The notes under the pieces are model-generated. The model saw only the letters and a program-made list of their open reading frames with translations. It was not told the DNA's origin and searched no databases. From assembly GCA_976551045.1 (NCBI GenBank), contig CDPCPM010000050.1, positions 15,562,001-15,626,000 on the forward strand: DNA of 64,000 nt, given 5' to 3'. The position numbers and the translations under genes were made by a program. The DNA is from Glaucostegus cemiculus. Taxonomy: Eukaryota. Below are positions 25,275 to 37,135 of the stretch, piece after piece. Position 1 is the first letter of the stretch. Each line of letters begins with the position of its first letter.

Positions 25275-26869
25275 GTATTCCTGCAACTATTATATTTGAC
25301 TTGCTCATAGAGGGTATTGCATTTTTTTGCACTAGTTGTTGGGGATTGATATGGTGAAATGAATAACTTTTTTGTCTGCATCCTAGATGTGCTGGGCTCT
25401 TTATTGGAGAGAAAAAACTTTTAGTTTAAATTTTGGATATTTTTCTAATTTGATACTGTGCCTGTAGAATGATATATTTTTACATAAAACATTTTAATTA
25501 AATGTTAAATACATCATAATACATAAACAAATATATCATACAACTAAGTTCTATATTCCACATTTGGCTTTTTAGGACAATTTCAATTTCACATTCTACA
25601 CTTAAAATTAAATGGCTTGTGAATCAGCAGCAAGTTACTAATATTTCAAAGGAAACCTTGTCTCAACTCAATTTGTATATTTTTTCACCTTTGTAAATGC
25701 TTTAATCTTTCAAGTTAGTGAAACTCATAAAATAAATGATTTCTGAGGATTAGAAAAAGCAACCAAAGCACAGCTAATACACATCTTTGATCACCTCTGT
25801 TTAGTGTTTTACAAATTATCCATTTGTATTTGGTATATTAGGAAAAGTAGTAAGCATTTTAATCATTTTCATAGTAAGTATGGTAGATAATATGTTAGAT
25901 ATTTTTATTTTTTTAATATGCTAATTTCTGTATAGTATTTCGGTAAATTGCATTTGTAACAGCAATAGTAAGACACTTCTTATTGTTTGGCTGTTCATCT
26001 GCATCCTGTGGTTTTATTTCTTGCTTTCATTTTCCATTCATCATGTTTTATAATAATCCTTGGTGTTTACTGTGCTCTTGCAGAAAATGAGAAAAACTGT
26101 CAATTGAAACAAGAGTGTTTGGGTTTCTCAGATTTATCAGAAACAAATGTCTTTTTGCAGACTTACTGTACTTAATAATGGCACTCTCATAACAACTTAG
26201 AGACACAGAATTAGATGGGCCCTAAGCAGTTTGCATACAACAATGTCAAGAAGTAAATTCATATTCTTGCCTGATCTGTACTTAGTCAGTGTTATTATGC
26301 TTAAGGCTTCAACGTTACCGTTTCAGTTGAATTAAAGACTGAAAACTGACTCCCCCCCCCCCCCCCCCGATAAAAACAGTCAACAATAAATGCAATTAAA
26401 TTTAAATTTTCATTAATTTTGCAAGAATGTTCTTTTCAGTGGCTTGGCAATAATGACCTGGTAAACCATTATAAATTTAAATACATTAATTTGACTTTGA
26501 ATATACACCCATTATCATAACCAATTTCAAGTTAATTGCTCCTAACAGAGAAAACACAGCATTCTTTTCAGACTCATAGTGACACCACCCTGCTGTACCT
26601 TACCAACCTTGGCCATTTTGGCCACTACCTGTCCCTATGAATTACTTGCCTGCTTGGTTGACATATGGTACTTGTTGAACAGGAATTGCTTCCAACTGGA
26701 AATATGGAAGGCTGAAACCGGGCTCTGCAGCTGCTACTACAAACTCTGTTCTCTGGTCACTTCTATCCCTTTCCCAATAATACTTTAAAGCTGCACCAGA
26801 TTGTACATGTGGCAAGTTTCACCCAAGGTGGATTTTGAATGATATAGCCATTCGTCCAATAAGAAAGCA

Positions 26870-27480
26870 TATTTTTACCTGTTACTTAACTCCATGCTGT
26901 AGTTTATCTGTTCCTAAAGCCTTTATCCATGGCTTTGTTATCTCCAAACCTGACTATACCAATCACTCCTCTCAGCCTTTCTCATTCTACTCATGGAGAG
27001 CAAGGTAAATCAAAACCTATTCTCTTACCTTTCTAATCTTCTTCAGGACCTGTTGATCCATCAACTACCGTGCTTCCAGTCTAAGGGTTTATCAATGCCT
27101 GGGTATTAAACTTATCCTTCAGATCTCTTCATGCCCTTGCTTTTCCCTATATCTGTAATCTCCTCTAGCTTCACATTGTTCTGAGATGTCTGCATTTGTC
27201 CTTTTCAGATCTTTTGAGCGTCTTAAAAATTCTATTATTAGTGGTTGTGCCTTTAGCTGGCAAAGCCCCACTTGGAAATTTCCTCCCTAAGTTCCCTGCT
27301 GCTTTTATTTCCACCAGAGCATTGTTTAAATCTACTGATCAAGCTTTTGGTCTTTGTCCCAGGATCTTCTCATGTAACCTCATTTCAAATATCATTTGGA
27401 AACACTCATGAATCTCCTTGCAACTCTTTAATCACTCTAAAGGTGCTTTGTAACTGCAAATGACTGGTTTAACAAATGCT
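26870..27480 (+). mobile_element. L2-type LINE 3' fragment
   Basis: tttatccatggctttgttatctccaaacctgactataccaat (IHAFV.S.LDY.N-like) and tail tgatcaagcttttggtc. Confidence 0.65.
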
Positions 27481-28174
27481 GTGTTATATCAGGTAACTTT
27501 GCTCCAGTAAAGATTCAAAGTATAGTTTTAAATTTTAAAAAAATGATAATGTGTCTATTCTCACACTCGTGGCTTGCAAGTACATTGCAAATATATGCCA
27601 TTTTTGATTTCTACCCTTTCCCCTGATTTTAAAAACTACTTTTAAAGAGCATTCAAACTAGACATTCCTCCTTTATGGTGTAATCAATGTATTGACGGGC
27701 TAGGCATACTTCACACCTTCGTTTCCATTTTTTTAAAAAAGATAACATTTTATATTAGCTGATATTTATAAATAAGGCAATGATATCTTAGATTGTAGGA
27801 TAAACCTTAAACTGTACTATGTGCATTAAAAGTAGTAGAATTACTGCAAAGTCTGCCCTTATTCATTTGGTGAATGGAATCTTAACTATTTCAAATGACA
27901 AAACTTTGCATAATTATTAGATAATTTATGGTCCAAAGTGCTTTAAGAAGCCTTAGAAAAGTTTAGTAGATCTGCTTAGTTTTACATTAATTACAACAAT
28001 TTTGTATTCCTCCATAAATCTGCTGAAAAATCCAAACACTGCTCTGTTATGTTTTTCTTTTTTAACGTTTGAGCAGCACACTTTACCTTTTGTATTGTCT
28101 TTAATCCATGCTGTTTTCATTTGTCTGCTTGACTATGTTTTGTTTTTACCTTCTTCCCCACTTAAATTCTGAAG

Positions 28175-30460
28175 TCTTTAACCAGTGAGCTAGCAACAGC
28201 CAAATCTCAGTATGAGCAAATAGCAGAGGATGTGAGAGCTTTGAAGGGAGATAAAGAACAGATGATCCAGCAAAGCGATGCACTAAAGTCCGAGAAAGAG
28301 TCCTTATTTTATGAACTTTCAGAGCTGAAGTTGCAGTGTACTTCCCTACAGAAAGAGCAGCAAGTGTTAGAGACAAAGAATGAGAAACTCCAGTTGGAAA
28401 GAACAGCATTTTTAAAAGAGAGGCAGGATTTTGAGAGTACTCAGCTACAACTTTGTCTGGAAAAGGATGCTTTGGTCACTGAAAAGGACCACTATTTCTT
28501 GGAAGTCAAACGTTTGGAGCAGCAGCTTGATAAGTTGACAAAAGAAAATGAGGATCTCCAAGCCTCACAGTCAGATCTGAGCAAACAGTTGGATAATGTT
28601 CAGGCAAAAAGCAAAGCCTCAGAACATGAACAAGCCCAGCTGCTTCAAGAAAAGGAAGAGTTGTTATCGACCCACAGGAAAATGGTTACAGAAAGAGAGG
28701 AACTTACAAAAGAAAAAGACAAAATTACTCAAAATTTTGACAAGTTGCGTGAAGAGACAACAGTTGCTCTTGAGAAGCTGGTGAAAGAAAGAGATGAGCT
28801 GATGGTGGAAAAAGATTCTATTCTATTGAAGTGCTCAGAGCTTGAAGCTCAATGTGAATTTTTAGCAAAGGAGAAAAGTCTGTTAAGATCAGCGCATGAT
28901 GAGCTAATATCTGAAAATGAAGCTCTAAATAAGGAGAAAGACCATCTTAGTTCAAGTTTACAGAACACTATCCTTGAAAAGCAATCTTACATTATCTCAA
29001 AAGATCAATTGCAGTGTAGTCATGATCATTTGAAGAATGAGCTAGAAAAATACATGAAGGAAAATGCAGAACTTCAGGCCTCAAAATCCAGCCAATCAAA
29101 ACTCTTGGATGAGATTAAGAATAGCAGGGAGGTAACAGATTCTGAACGTGTTCAACTGCTTCAGGAGAAGGAAGAGCTAACAACATCTCAGAGACAACTT
29201 ACTGTAGAGAAGGATGAACTAGCTAAGGAAAAAATGGAGCTGACCGCAAAGTTGCAGAAATCCATTGAGGAGGCAGCCACCATCACGAAGCAGCTGAATG
29301 AAGAAAAAGAAGCTCTGAAAACGGAGAAAGATGCACTTTGGCTGAGGCAGTCACAGCTGGAAACCCATTGCGATATTTTACAAAGGGAGAAGGAGACCTT
29401 GGAATCAAAATGCAACATGCAAATTACAGAAAATGAATCTCTTTCAGCTGAGATAGTCGAATTCAAATTGAAGCAACAGGAGCTATTCTCTGAAAATGCA
29501 GCCATTGTTGCAGAAAGAGATCAGCTCCTCGTCAACAGTGAGCTTTTAAAGCAAAAGCTTGACGAATTGACCAAAGAAAATGAAGAGCTCCAGGCCTCAA
29601 AGTCAAGCTTCTGTACACTTTTGGATGAAATTCAGAATAGCAAAAATATTGTGGATGTAGAAAAGCATTCCTTGTTGCAAGAGAAGGAAAGACTAGTAGC
29701 TGAACTTCAGGACCAGTGCTCTGAAAAAGAACATCTTACTTGGCAGAAGGTGGAATTAGAGAAAAAGTATAATAAACTGAATGAACAAGTGAGAGTACTT
29801 GAAAAACAACTAATACAGGAAAGAGATGCAGCAAAAGTGGAAAGAGAGGCTCTCAATGTGGCTCATGCAGAACTTGAATGTCACTTCCAGCTATTGACAA
29901 ATGAAATGGGTGTTCTTAAAGCTAAGCACGATGAACTGCTTTCAAAAAACAACGTGCTAATAAAGGAAAAAGAGGTATTACATGCTGAACAAAGTAAGTC
30001 TGCTGGTGAGAAGGAAGACCTAGCAGCTGAGAAGAATTTGCTAGTATCCACCACTGAAGTGTTGAAGAAGGAGATTGATATATTAACCAAAGAAAAAGTA
30101 GAATTCCAGGCTTCAAAATCAAATCTTTTGAAACTCTTAGATGAACTTCAGAATAGCCAAGAGATATCTGAGCTGGATCAAGTAAAACTGCAGGAAGAGA
30201 AGGATAACTTGCTGGCAACAGTGCTAAAACTTCAAACAGAAAAAGAAGAACTGGTAAGAGAGAATAGCAAGTTGACAGAATCCCTCTGCAAGTTACAGGA
30301 AGAGGCTGCTCTTTCCGCTCAAGACAAGGGAGAAACTGAAGCCAAACTGCAGCAGCTGACGTGTGACAAGGAGGTACTGCTGAAACATGAAGAGGACCTT
30401 ACTTCCAAATTAAAAGATCTTCAGGTTCATCAGAATATTACTTTATCAGAGAAGATTGAG
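28175..30460 (+). CDS. CLIP1: CLIP1 giant (2286 nt, 762 aa) phase-0/0 coiled-coil exon with internal 172-aa repeats; probably alternative
   Basis: Long pyrimidine tract then ctgaag|TCT TTA ACC (SLTSELATAKSQYEQIAEDVRALK...), in frame with ORF 28232..30481; donor GAG|gtacca; E/K/L/Q-rich heptads; it sits between two exons that are directly joined in canonical CLIP-170. Confidence 0.85.
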
Positions 30461-32178
30461 GTACCAATTATAAGCATTTAGATTAAATTCAGAAAGTTAT
30501 GGGCACATTTGTTTACTAATGAGTGCATTAACAGGTTTGGTGTTGTATCTTTTAAAATCATTATATAACAGTATCGACTGTATATTAGAATGTATTAATT
30601 CTGGGAAGTGATTTTTGTGGCTTGTCTCTCCAATAATTGGTGTGGGAATTTTGAACAAGTAATTTCATTAATCTTAAAAAAAAGACTGTTTCTCATTTTA
30701 CATGAATTAGTTAACATTACATGCAGAAAATTTATTCAAGTGTGTGAATAGAATGGAGCTTAAAGTTTAACAGAGATAGTAAAACAGTGTTTTAATCCAA
30801 TATCCATTTAATCCTGTTTTGGTTTATCAGCAGGACTATTTTACAAGTCCCTAAATTTAACAGATGATTATCTTCAAATCTTTTTCTTATTTGATTCACA
30901 ACAGAAATCTTCATTTTCTTTTTGTTGCAATTTTGTATTTTATATATAGTTATTTCTAAAATCTTAGTACTTCAAATTTATCTACAGAGAAACCACAGTT
31001 TACTGCCAACAGCTAACGTCAACAAAAGCAGAAACAATTTGAAATGATTGGGCAGCAGTATACAAGCTGTTACATGAGTGCATGTATCGTACTCAGCCAA
31101 AGATGTGAGAAAACTCAGAGGTTTGATAGTAAACTATGATAAATTTGCTAATCATGGCTGGGATGTGAATAGTGTTATCTTAATTAGCTCAGAGATAGGA
31201 AGAAAGTAAAAGATTGCATTTACAGAGTACTAAATAAATGTCTTGGTGTTTTATTCACAAGGAACTGCTACTTTCAAAGTAGGGGCATGATATTTCTTTT
31301 ATTCTTCTGTGAGACACTTTGGAATATTTTGTTATATCTAAAATGCTTCACATCAGTAATTTGTTCAACTAGTGGAAGTTAAAGAATAGAGGAATATTAG
31401 TCCCATCTCACTTGTAACTCCTGTTCACTATCACTTCTGGTTAACGGTGAATGTACTGGAGTGAGTATAAACAGCAGGATTACAGACGGATGTGATTTCT
31501 TCTTTGTGCCTGTGGTTGGATAGTTGTGATGCTTGGCATCTCAGTTCCTAATTGATAGTTGAGCATTCGATAATACACCAGACTGGTGTCAGGACCCATG
31601 GACATATTCTCTAGCATGAGTACCTGTGGTTCTGAAGAAATCTGGTGGGTCAGGGGTTTAATCTAATCCATTAAAATTTAATAGGTAAATCTTCCAATAA
31701 AATTCTAATTATACTTCGTATTTAAGATTAGGCATGTAATTTTCTTATTTCACAAGATAAGTTGACCTGTTGGCAGTTTTTTTATGTCTACGAGAATTTC
31801 CCCAATGTTAATTATTTTAATTCAACAAAAATCAGTGGCATGTTTGGCATGAAACTGTGTCTGGCTCATTAAAAATCTAATTTAACTGTACATATTTCCT
31901 GCAGAATTTTAATGAGAACTTAACAGTAATGGCAACTAATATTCAATGAAATGTGAAAGCATAATTTCACAAAAAATCAAGTCAAAATTTCTTTAAATTT
32001 TGCATGAATTTCAACCATCTTCCACTTTTCAAAAGTAAACATATTACGTGCACAACATAAATTAACTTCACCTGTCCACATGAAAGGTGTGCTTTCATTA
32101 ATTTTAAGAATGTTCCTGTAACATGTTTCAGTGAAACTTTAAGCCATTCATTCACAGAGGATAATTTTCTATTCTTAG

Positions 32179-32316
32179 GCTTCCAGAAAAGCTGAAGAGG
32201 CTGAACAGTCATTAGAGCAAGTAATGAAGGAGAAAAATATATTGGACCAACAGAACATTGAAACTTTGGCAGAATTGGAAGAGTCCAGACTGAAGAACCA
32301 AAAACTTGAAAACGAG
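32179..32316 (+). CDS. CLIP1: CLIP1 exon
   Basis: attcttag|GCT; ASRKAEEAEQSLEQVMKEKNILDQQNIETLAELEESRLKNQKLENE; GAG|gtaaga; 138 nt. Confidence 0.9.
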
Positions 32317-32599
32317 GTAAGAACCAACTCGTTGCTTTGTTATCTGTTGGCTCCAGAAAGTTAGACAATGTACTTTATAAAGTATTGCTGTGAAGCAGTA
32401 AAAGGATTGTAAAGGCTGGATGAAAAATATAGTGGCTGACTCGTCAGTTAACTTAATGCAGGAACGCAGATATGGGTGCAGTCTATTTAGCCCATTCGGT
32501 CTGTTCTGCCATTAACTCACTTGCAACCTAACTGCATATCTTTTTGCTTTAATCTTTACATTTTTCATAACCAAAGGAGTTGTCAGTTTCAAAATTAAA

Positions 32600-33560
32600 G
32601 TTTCCACCCCCTCCTGATTCCATCCACAACACATATAGTTCATCCACAGCCTTCCCCTATCTGCTTCTGGTTCCATCTGCCATTCACCTCTCCCCTAATG
32701 GTTTCCATTATCACCTCCTTTACTTATCAGAGTACAGTACTTGGTGACCCTTTGTGTTCCGACTTATCTCCCTCCAGCAGCTCAATTTTTTTCTCTCCTT
32801 GTCTGCTTCCATCTATTATTCACCTGCCACTGTCTCCCAACTCCACACCCTGTTCCCTTTCTGGTGTAACCTGCCCATCATCTTCCACCCCTCCTCAGTC
32901 CACCAATCACCTCAGTCTCCTGTCTAATCAAAGACCCCACCACCCAGGCCATTCTCTCTCCTCTCCTCTTCCATCAGGTAGAAGATTCAAGAGCCTGAGG
33001 GCACTTATCACCAGACTTAAGGACAGCTTCTACCCCACTGTGATAAGACTATTGAAAGGTTCCCTTATATGATGAGATGGACTCTGACCTCACGATCTTC
33101 CTTGTTGTGACCTTGCACCTTATTGCACTGCACTTTCTCTGTAGCTGTGACATTTTAATCTGTACTGTCATTGTTTTTACCTGTACTTACATCAATGCAC
33201 TCTGTACTAACTCGGTGTAACTGCACTGTGTAATGAATTGACCTGTGCGATCAGTATGCTAGACAAGTTTTTCACTGTACCTCGGTACAAGTGACAATAA
33301 TAAACCAATACCAGTACCCTTCTCCATAAGATTTAGGAGCAGAATTAGGCCATTCAGCACATCAAGTCTGCTCTGCCATCAGTCGTGGCTGATTTCCTGC
33401 CTTCTCCCTGTAACACTTAACCCTTCTGTTCTTTATACTGGCCATCTCACCTCTCCATTCTGTCCTGATGCAAGGTTTTGACCTGAACCATCAACAGTTC
33501 CTTCCCTCCCATAGATGCTGCTTGAGCTCCTTCAGCAGGTTATTTGTTGCTCCAGAATTA
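32600..33560 (+). mobile_element. Penelope-like 3' region interrupted by Rex1 and CR1-tail insertions
   Basis: C/T-rich 32600-32930 resumes at about 33420 (tctttatactggccatctc...cctgatgcaaggttttgacctgaacc...cccatagatgctgcttg). Confidence 0.55.
32932..33320 (+). mobile_element. Rex1/Babar-type LINE 3' end
   Basis: PHHPGHSLSSPLPSGRRFKSLRALITRLKDSFYPTVIRLL, then a 3' UTR ending gtgacaataataaaccaataccagtacc. Confidence 0.8.
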
Positions 33561-33619
33561 AAGTTAATTGAGCATTATTTTTCATTTATCGAGAAGGATT
33601 ACAAATTTCTACTGTAACT

Positions 33620-33840
33620 TAAAAAAATGAAATGCTGCAAATTCTAAAAAGTCTGCATTAAAATTGAAAATGCTCAACTAGTTAGGCTGTATCTGTGAAT
33701 AAAGAAACAGTTAATGTTTCAGGTCCATAACTTTCAAGTTCTGGTGAAAGGTCATTGACCTAAAATGTTAACTTTGCTTCTCCATTCACAGGTGAGCCTG
33801 ATCTGCTAAGTATTTTCAACAGTTTCTAATTTTTTCCAGC
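33620..33840. mobile_element. Fold-back element made of inverted Penelope-like termini
   Basis: aaagaaacagttaatgtttcaggtc is roughly the inverse of gacctaaaatgttaactttgcttct; the outer arms are also similar. Confidence 0.6.
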
Positions 33841-33964
33841 TCTGTGTGTTTGAGTTTTCTAACTTCATTCCTGAAAGCCCTAGTTCCATTTAAGTGTTTG
33901 TCCCAAGCATTTTCTTTCATTAATTAATATAATAAAAATGGTATGCTCTCCCTGAACATAACAT

Positions 33965-34215
33965 TAAAGTCAAAGTTGAACTTATTGTCATATGCAGAAA
34001 TACATGTAGGCACAGGTGCACTGAAAGACTTGACTTGCAGCAGCATCACAGGCACATAGCATATAAGCAGCATTCACAAGTAAAACATAAATTAATCATA
34101 AATTATACACAAATTTTACAAGAAAGAACACAAAACAAAAAAAGAACAAAGTCCATTTTAGGGCAAAGTGATCAAAGTAGTCAAAGTGTTGCTAAACTGT
34201 AGTGATTATGTTTTT
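33965..34215 (-). mobile_element. Rex1-like LINE 3' UTR
   Basis: aaagtcaaagttgaacttattgtcatatgc...gacttgcagcagcatcacaggcacatagcat; the ttattgtca motif mirrors the gtgacaataa tail. Confidence 0.5.
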
Positions 34216-34249
34216 CTTGCTGGACAAATAAAGTAAATGCAAATGGCAG

Positions 34250-34600
34250 CTTGTATTTATGAACCTCTTAATATCATAAAATGTCCCAATGTGCTTCAGA
34301 GAAACACGATCACACTGATATTGATAAAGTCAAATGAAATATTAGGACAGGAGACCAAACCCTTGATCAAAGATGTAGGTATTAAAAAGAATGTTAAAGG
34401 AGGAGAATAAGGCAGCAGACTAGGAGAGGAACTCGAATTTCAGCAACTAAAACACTGAAAACCAGTGTTTAGTCCTAAGGCAAAGAAAGCAGGTAATGCA
34501 CAAGAGACCAGAACGGAAAAGTGCAATGCTCTCTGTTCTGCAGTACTGTGGTAGGTTCCTGAGATGGTGAGAAACAAGACTTATGATGTGCACTTGAGGG
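34250..34600 (-). mobile_element. L2-type LINE 3' end
   Basis: cttgtatttatg...tgtcccaatgtgcttca...ggagaccaaacccttgatcaaagatgtaggtattaaaa. Confidence 0.55.
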
Positions 34601-35329
34601 TAAGAATTTTCTGTCTTTGATATTATCCCTCTCTCTTGCACCTTCCACCAACAATTTCTACTTACAGATTTTCACATCTCAGTTCAACTCTTCACCTAAA
34701 TCTTTCTGGGTTTCTGAGTCAGACTCACAATGTATAACCTCTTCTTTGTGATTACAACTTGTACCATGGCCAAAAAAAATGGAGCATAATCGTGTCTTTA
34801 CTGGGGCTTGTGTGTAAGGCAAAGTTGATGCCCTAAGTTCTGTTAGGATGGGCAACCAGTTGATCTCCAGAACCACTTCTACCTTTTTTTCCTCTATATA
34901 TGTAGTCTCTCTTGCTGAACATGCCCCAGTATTCCAAAACCACATCAGCAACAAATTACACAACCATCGTAGCTTGTCTTGTCTGCCACATTTGTTCTCG
35001 TTATCAGAGAAATTCCCTTGGTTTCATCCATATTTTGCTGCTTATTTCTCTTTCTCAGATCGCACGAAGGGTCCCTCACCTGAAATATTAATTGTTTCTC
35101 TTTCCACAGATGTCGATAGACCTACTTAGTTTTCCCAGCATTTTCGACTTTTGTTTTTCTCTATACTGTGTATCATGTTGGCTCACTTTTTCTTATTGTA
35201 CATGCATTAGTCTAGCCTGCCAGGCAGGTTGCACGATCTTACCATTAACAATTTATTACACACAGACCTAGAAGCCCAGTGTGCTGATTATTAGTACCAT
35301 TAAGCGAGTCATCCCAGACATGCTCTTTG

Positions 35330-35500
35330 TTCTACACACCCCTCCCCCACCTCCTCTCACACAGCAAACTAACTTGCATCCCTCTTTTTCCAGTTCTGAG
35401 GAAGGGTCACAGATCTGAAATATTGACAGTTTCTTTTTCCACAGATTCATCCTGACTTGCTGAGATTTTACAGCATTTTCTGTTTTTGCTTCAGCATGTT
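35330..35500 (+). mobile_element. Penelope-like terminus with hammerhead-like core
   Basis: ccagttCTGAGGAagggtcacagatctGAAAtattgacag...ccacagattcatcctgacttgctgagattttacagcattttctg; a related copy lies at 35050-35160. Confidence 0.6.
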
Positions 35501-37135
35501 TATCATGCAAGTCATAGGTGACAGAGTTAAACTGTTACACATTTATAACCCTTCTATTATTCTTATCAGAACCTGTTAAAGGGATCATCCATGTATACAG
35601 TGGTCGACTATGTTCCATTAATATCAACCCAGAAAATCCTTCCTGCCCAGCTGGTAAACTTCCTGTACAGTTTGCTGAAGATGATTCTTCTGCCTTAGTT
35701 TCAAAAGAATAAATAGAAGTACAAAAGCAGATATACTGTCTATGAAAATCTGCTTTCGTGTTTAAGATGATTTGGACCACTATTTTCTGTTTTATTTTGA
35801 ATGAAAGCTAAAGGTTTGTTTTAAAATTGATGTAAAATAATCCTTTCAAAAATAAAATGAGAGGAAAAAGGCTAGCTTCATTTTTGACAGTAAGATGTTC
35901 CATGTTAGCTTTATTTTTTGGAAATAATACCAATATGTATGCTTGTTTATATAATATAATCAACTTTGGACTTCGGATTTAAACAAACTGCTTGATAATC
36001 TGAAGAGATGCACGTGATTCAACACAAGTCAACAGTGTACTGTACTCATATTGCTGAGATGCTGTGCTTCATGATTTTGATAATATTGTCACACAGTTTA
36101 TAGGCATTTAATACTGAAGTGTCTAGTATCAATGTTACAATGCTGTTTACAGCTCAAGAAAGGCAAATTTATTTTGGTAAAATATACTTTGTAATGTCTT
36201 GCCAAAATGACAGAAAGTAACACTATGGTGAGAGAGATTATTTTATAACTTGATCAAATGAACCTTTTAGGGATGTTTGCAGGAACTCATATTAAGTACT
36301 TAAAAATAGTGATGAGAAGCTGAGGCTATGGAGCTTCAGATGATGTCATTTGTGCATAAAAGCTGATTTGTTGGGAGTGTTATAGCTGAAGATGCAGGAA
36401 CCTGTAGTAGTAGGACAGCTGGTTGGAGGCAGTACACCAAAAGCTTTGTGTTATGCAACTGAGCACATGACAGATGATGGCAGTGAGCATTCAGGTTCAT
36501 TATCTAAGGCATATAGTTTATCATACCTTCAGAATAATTTTTCAAAGGAAGAAATTATCTTAATATCATCAATAATGGATATCAGAGCTTTGCAGGATAA
36601 TTATTCCCCTTATTACTTCTCTGTACAGCTTAAGGTATGATTTTTAAGGAACAGATGATGCTCAGTTTGTTTTTTATATAAATAGCCCAGTGAACAGTTA
36701 TGGTGTATTCTGGTAATCATTAATGAGTATGTTAAATGATTTTATTGCAATTAAGATAAGCTGTAGTCTGTTGGTAGCTATTGTAATTTTAATTTTAAAA
36801 AAATGGGGATATATTTTAAAATTTGCAGCATTTAGTTTTGGTAGCAAAACATAAAGTACTAATCAGGCATGCATTTAAAAAGGTTTTAATCTTTAACACA
36901 AGGGTTTGTGATGAAGATAATTCTGTTTTACTTTAGGTGATCTGTTCTGCAATTTTGAGGCACAGAATATGATTGTCTTCCTACAGCCTTATGTTTTTTG
37001 CTAATGTGTTAGAGCAGATCCAATCTCTGATATTCAGTGCAGTGAGAGATGTCAGCTATTTTCTATTTCTATTTTTATTCTTAAAGATTCTCTTCTTTTT
37101 CCCAATGCAAAATACTTTTATTTTTCCTTTATCAG

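Noticed and set aside
28232-30481. 749-aa ORF as an independent single-exon gene
   Set aside because: It starts at a GTG, the frame extends to a splice acceptor at 28175, and its phase and coiled-coil character fit CLIP1.
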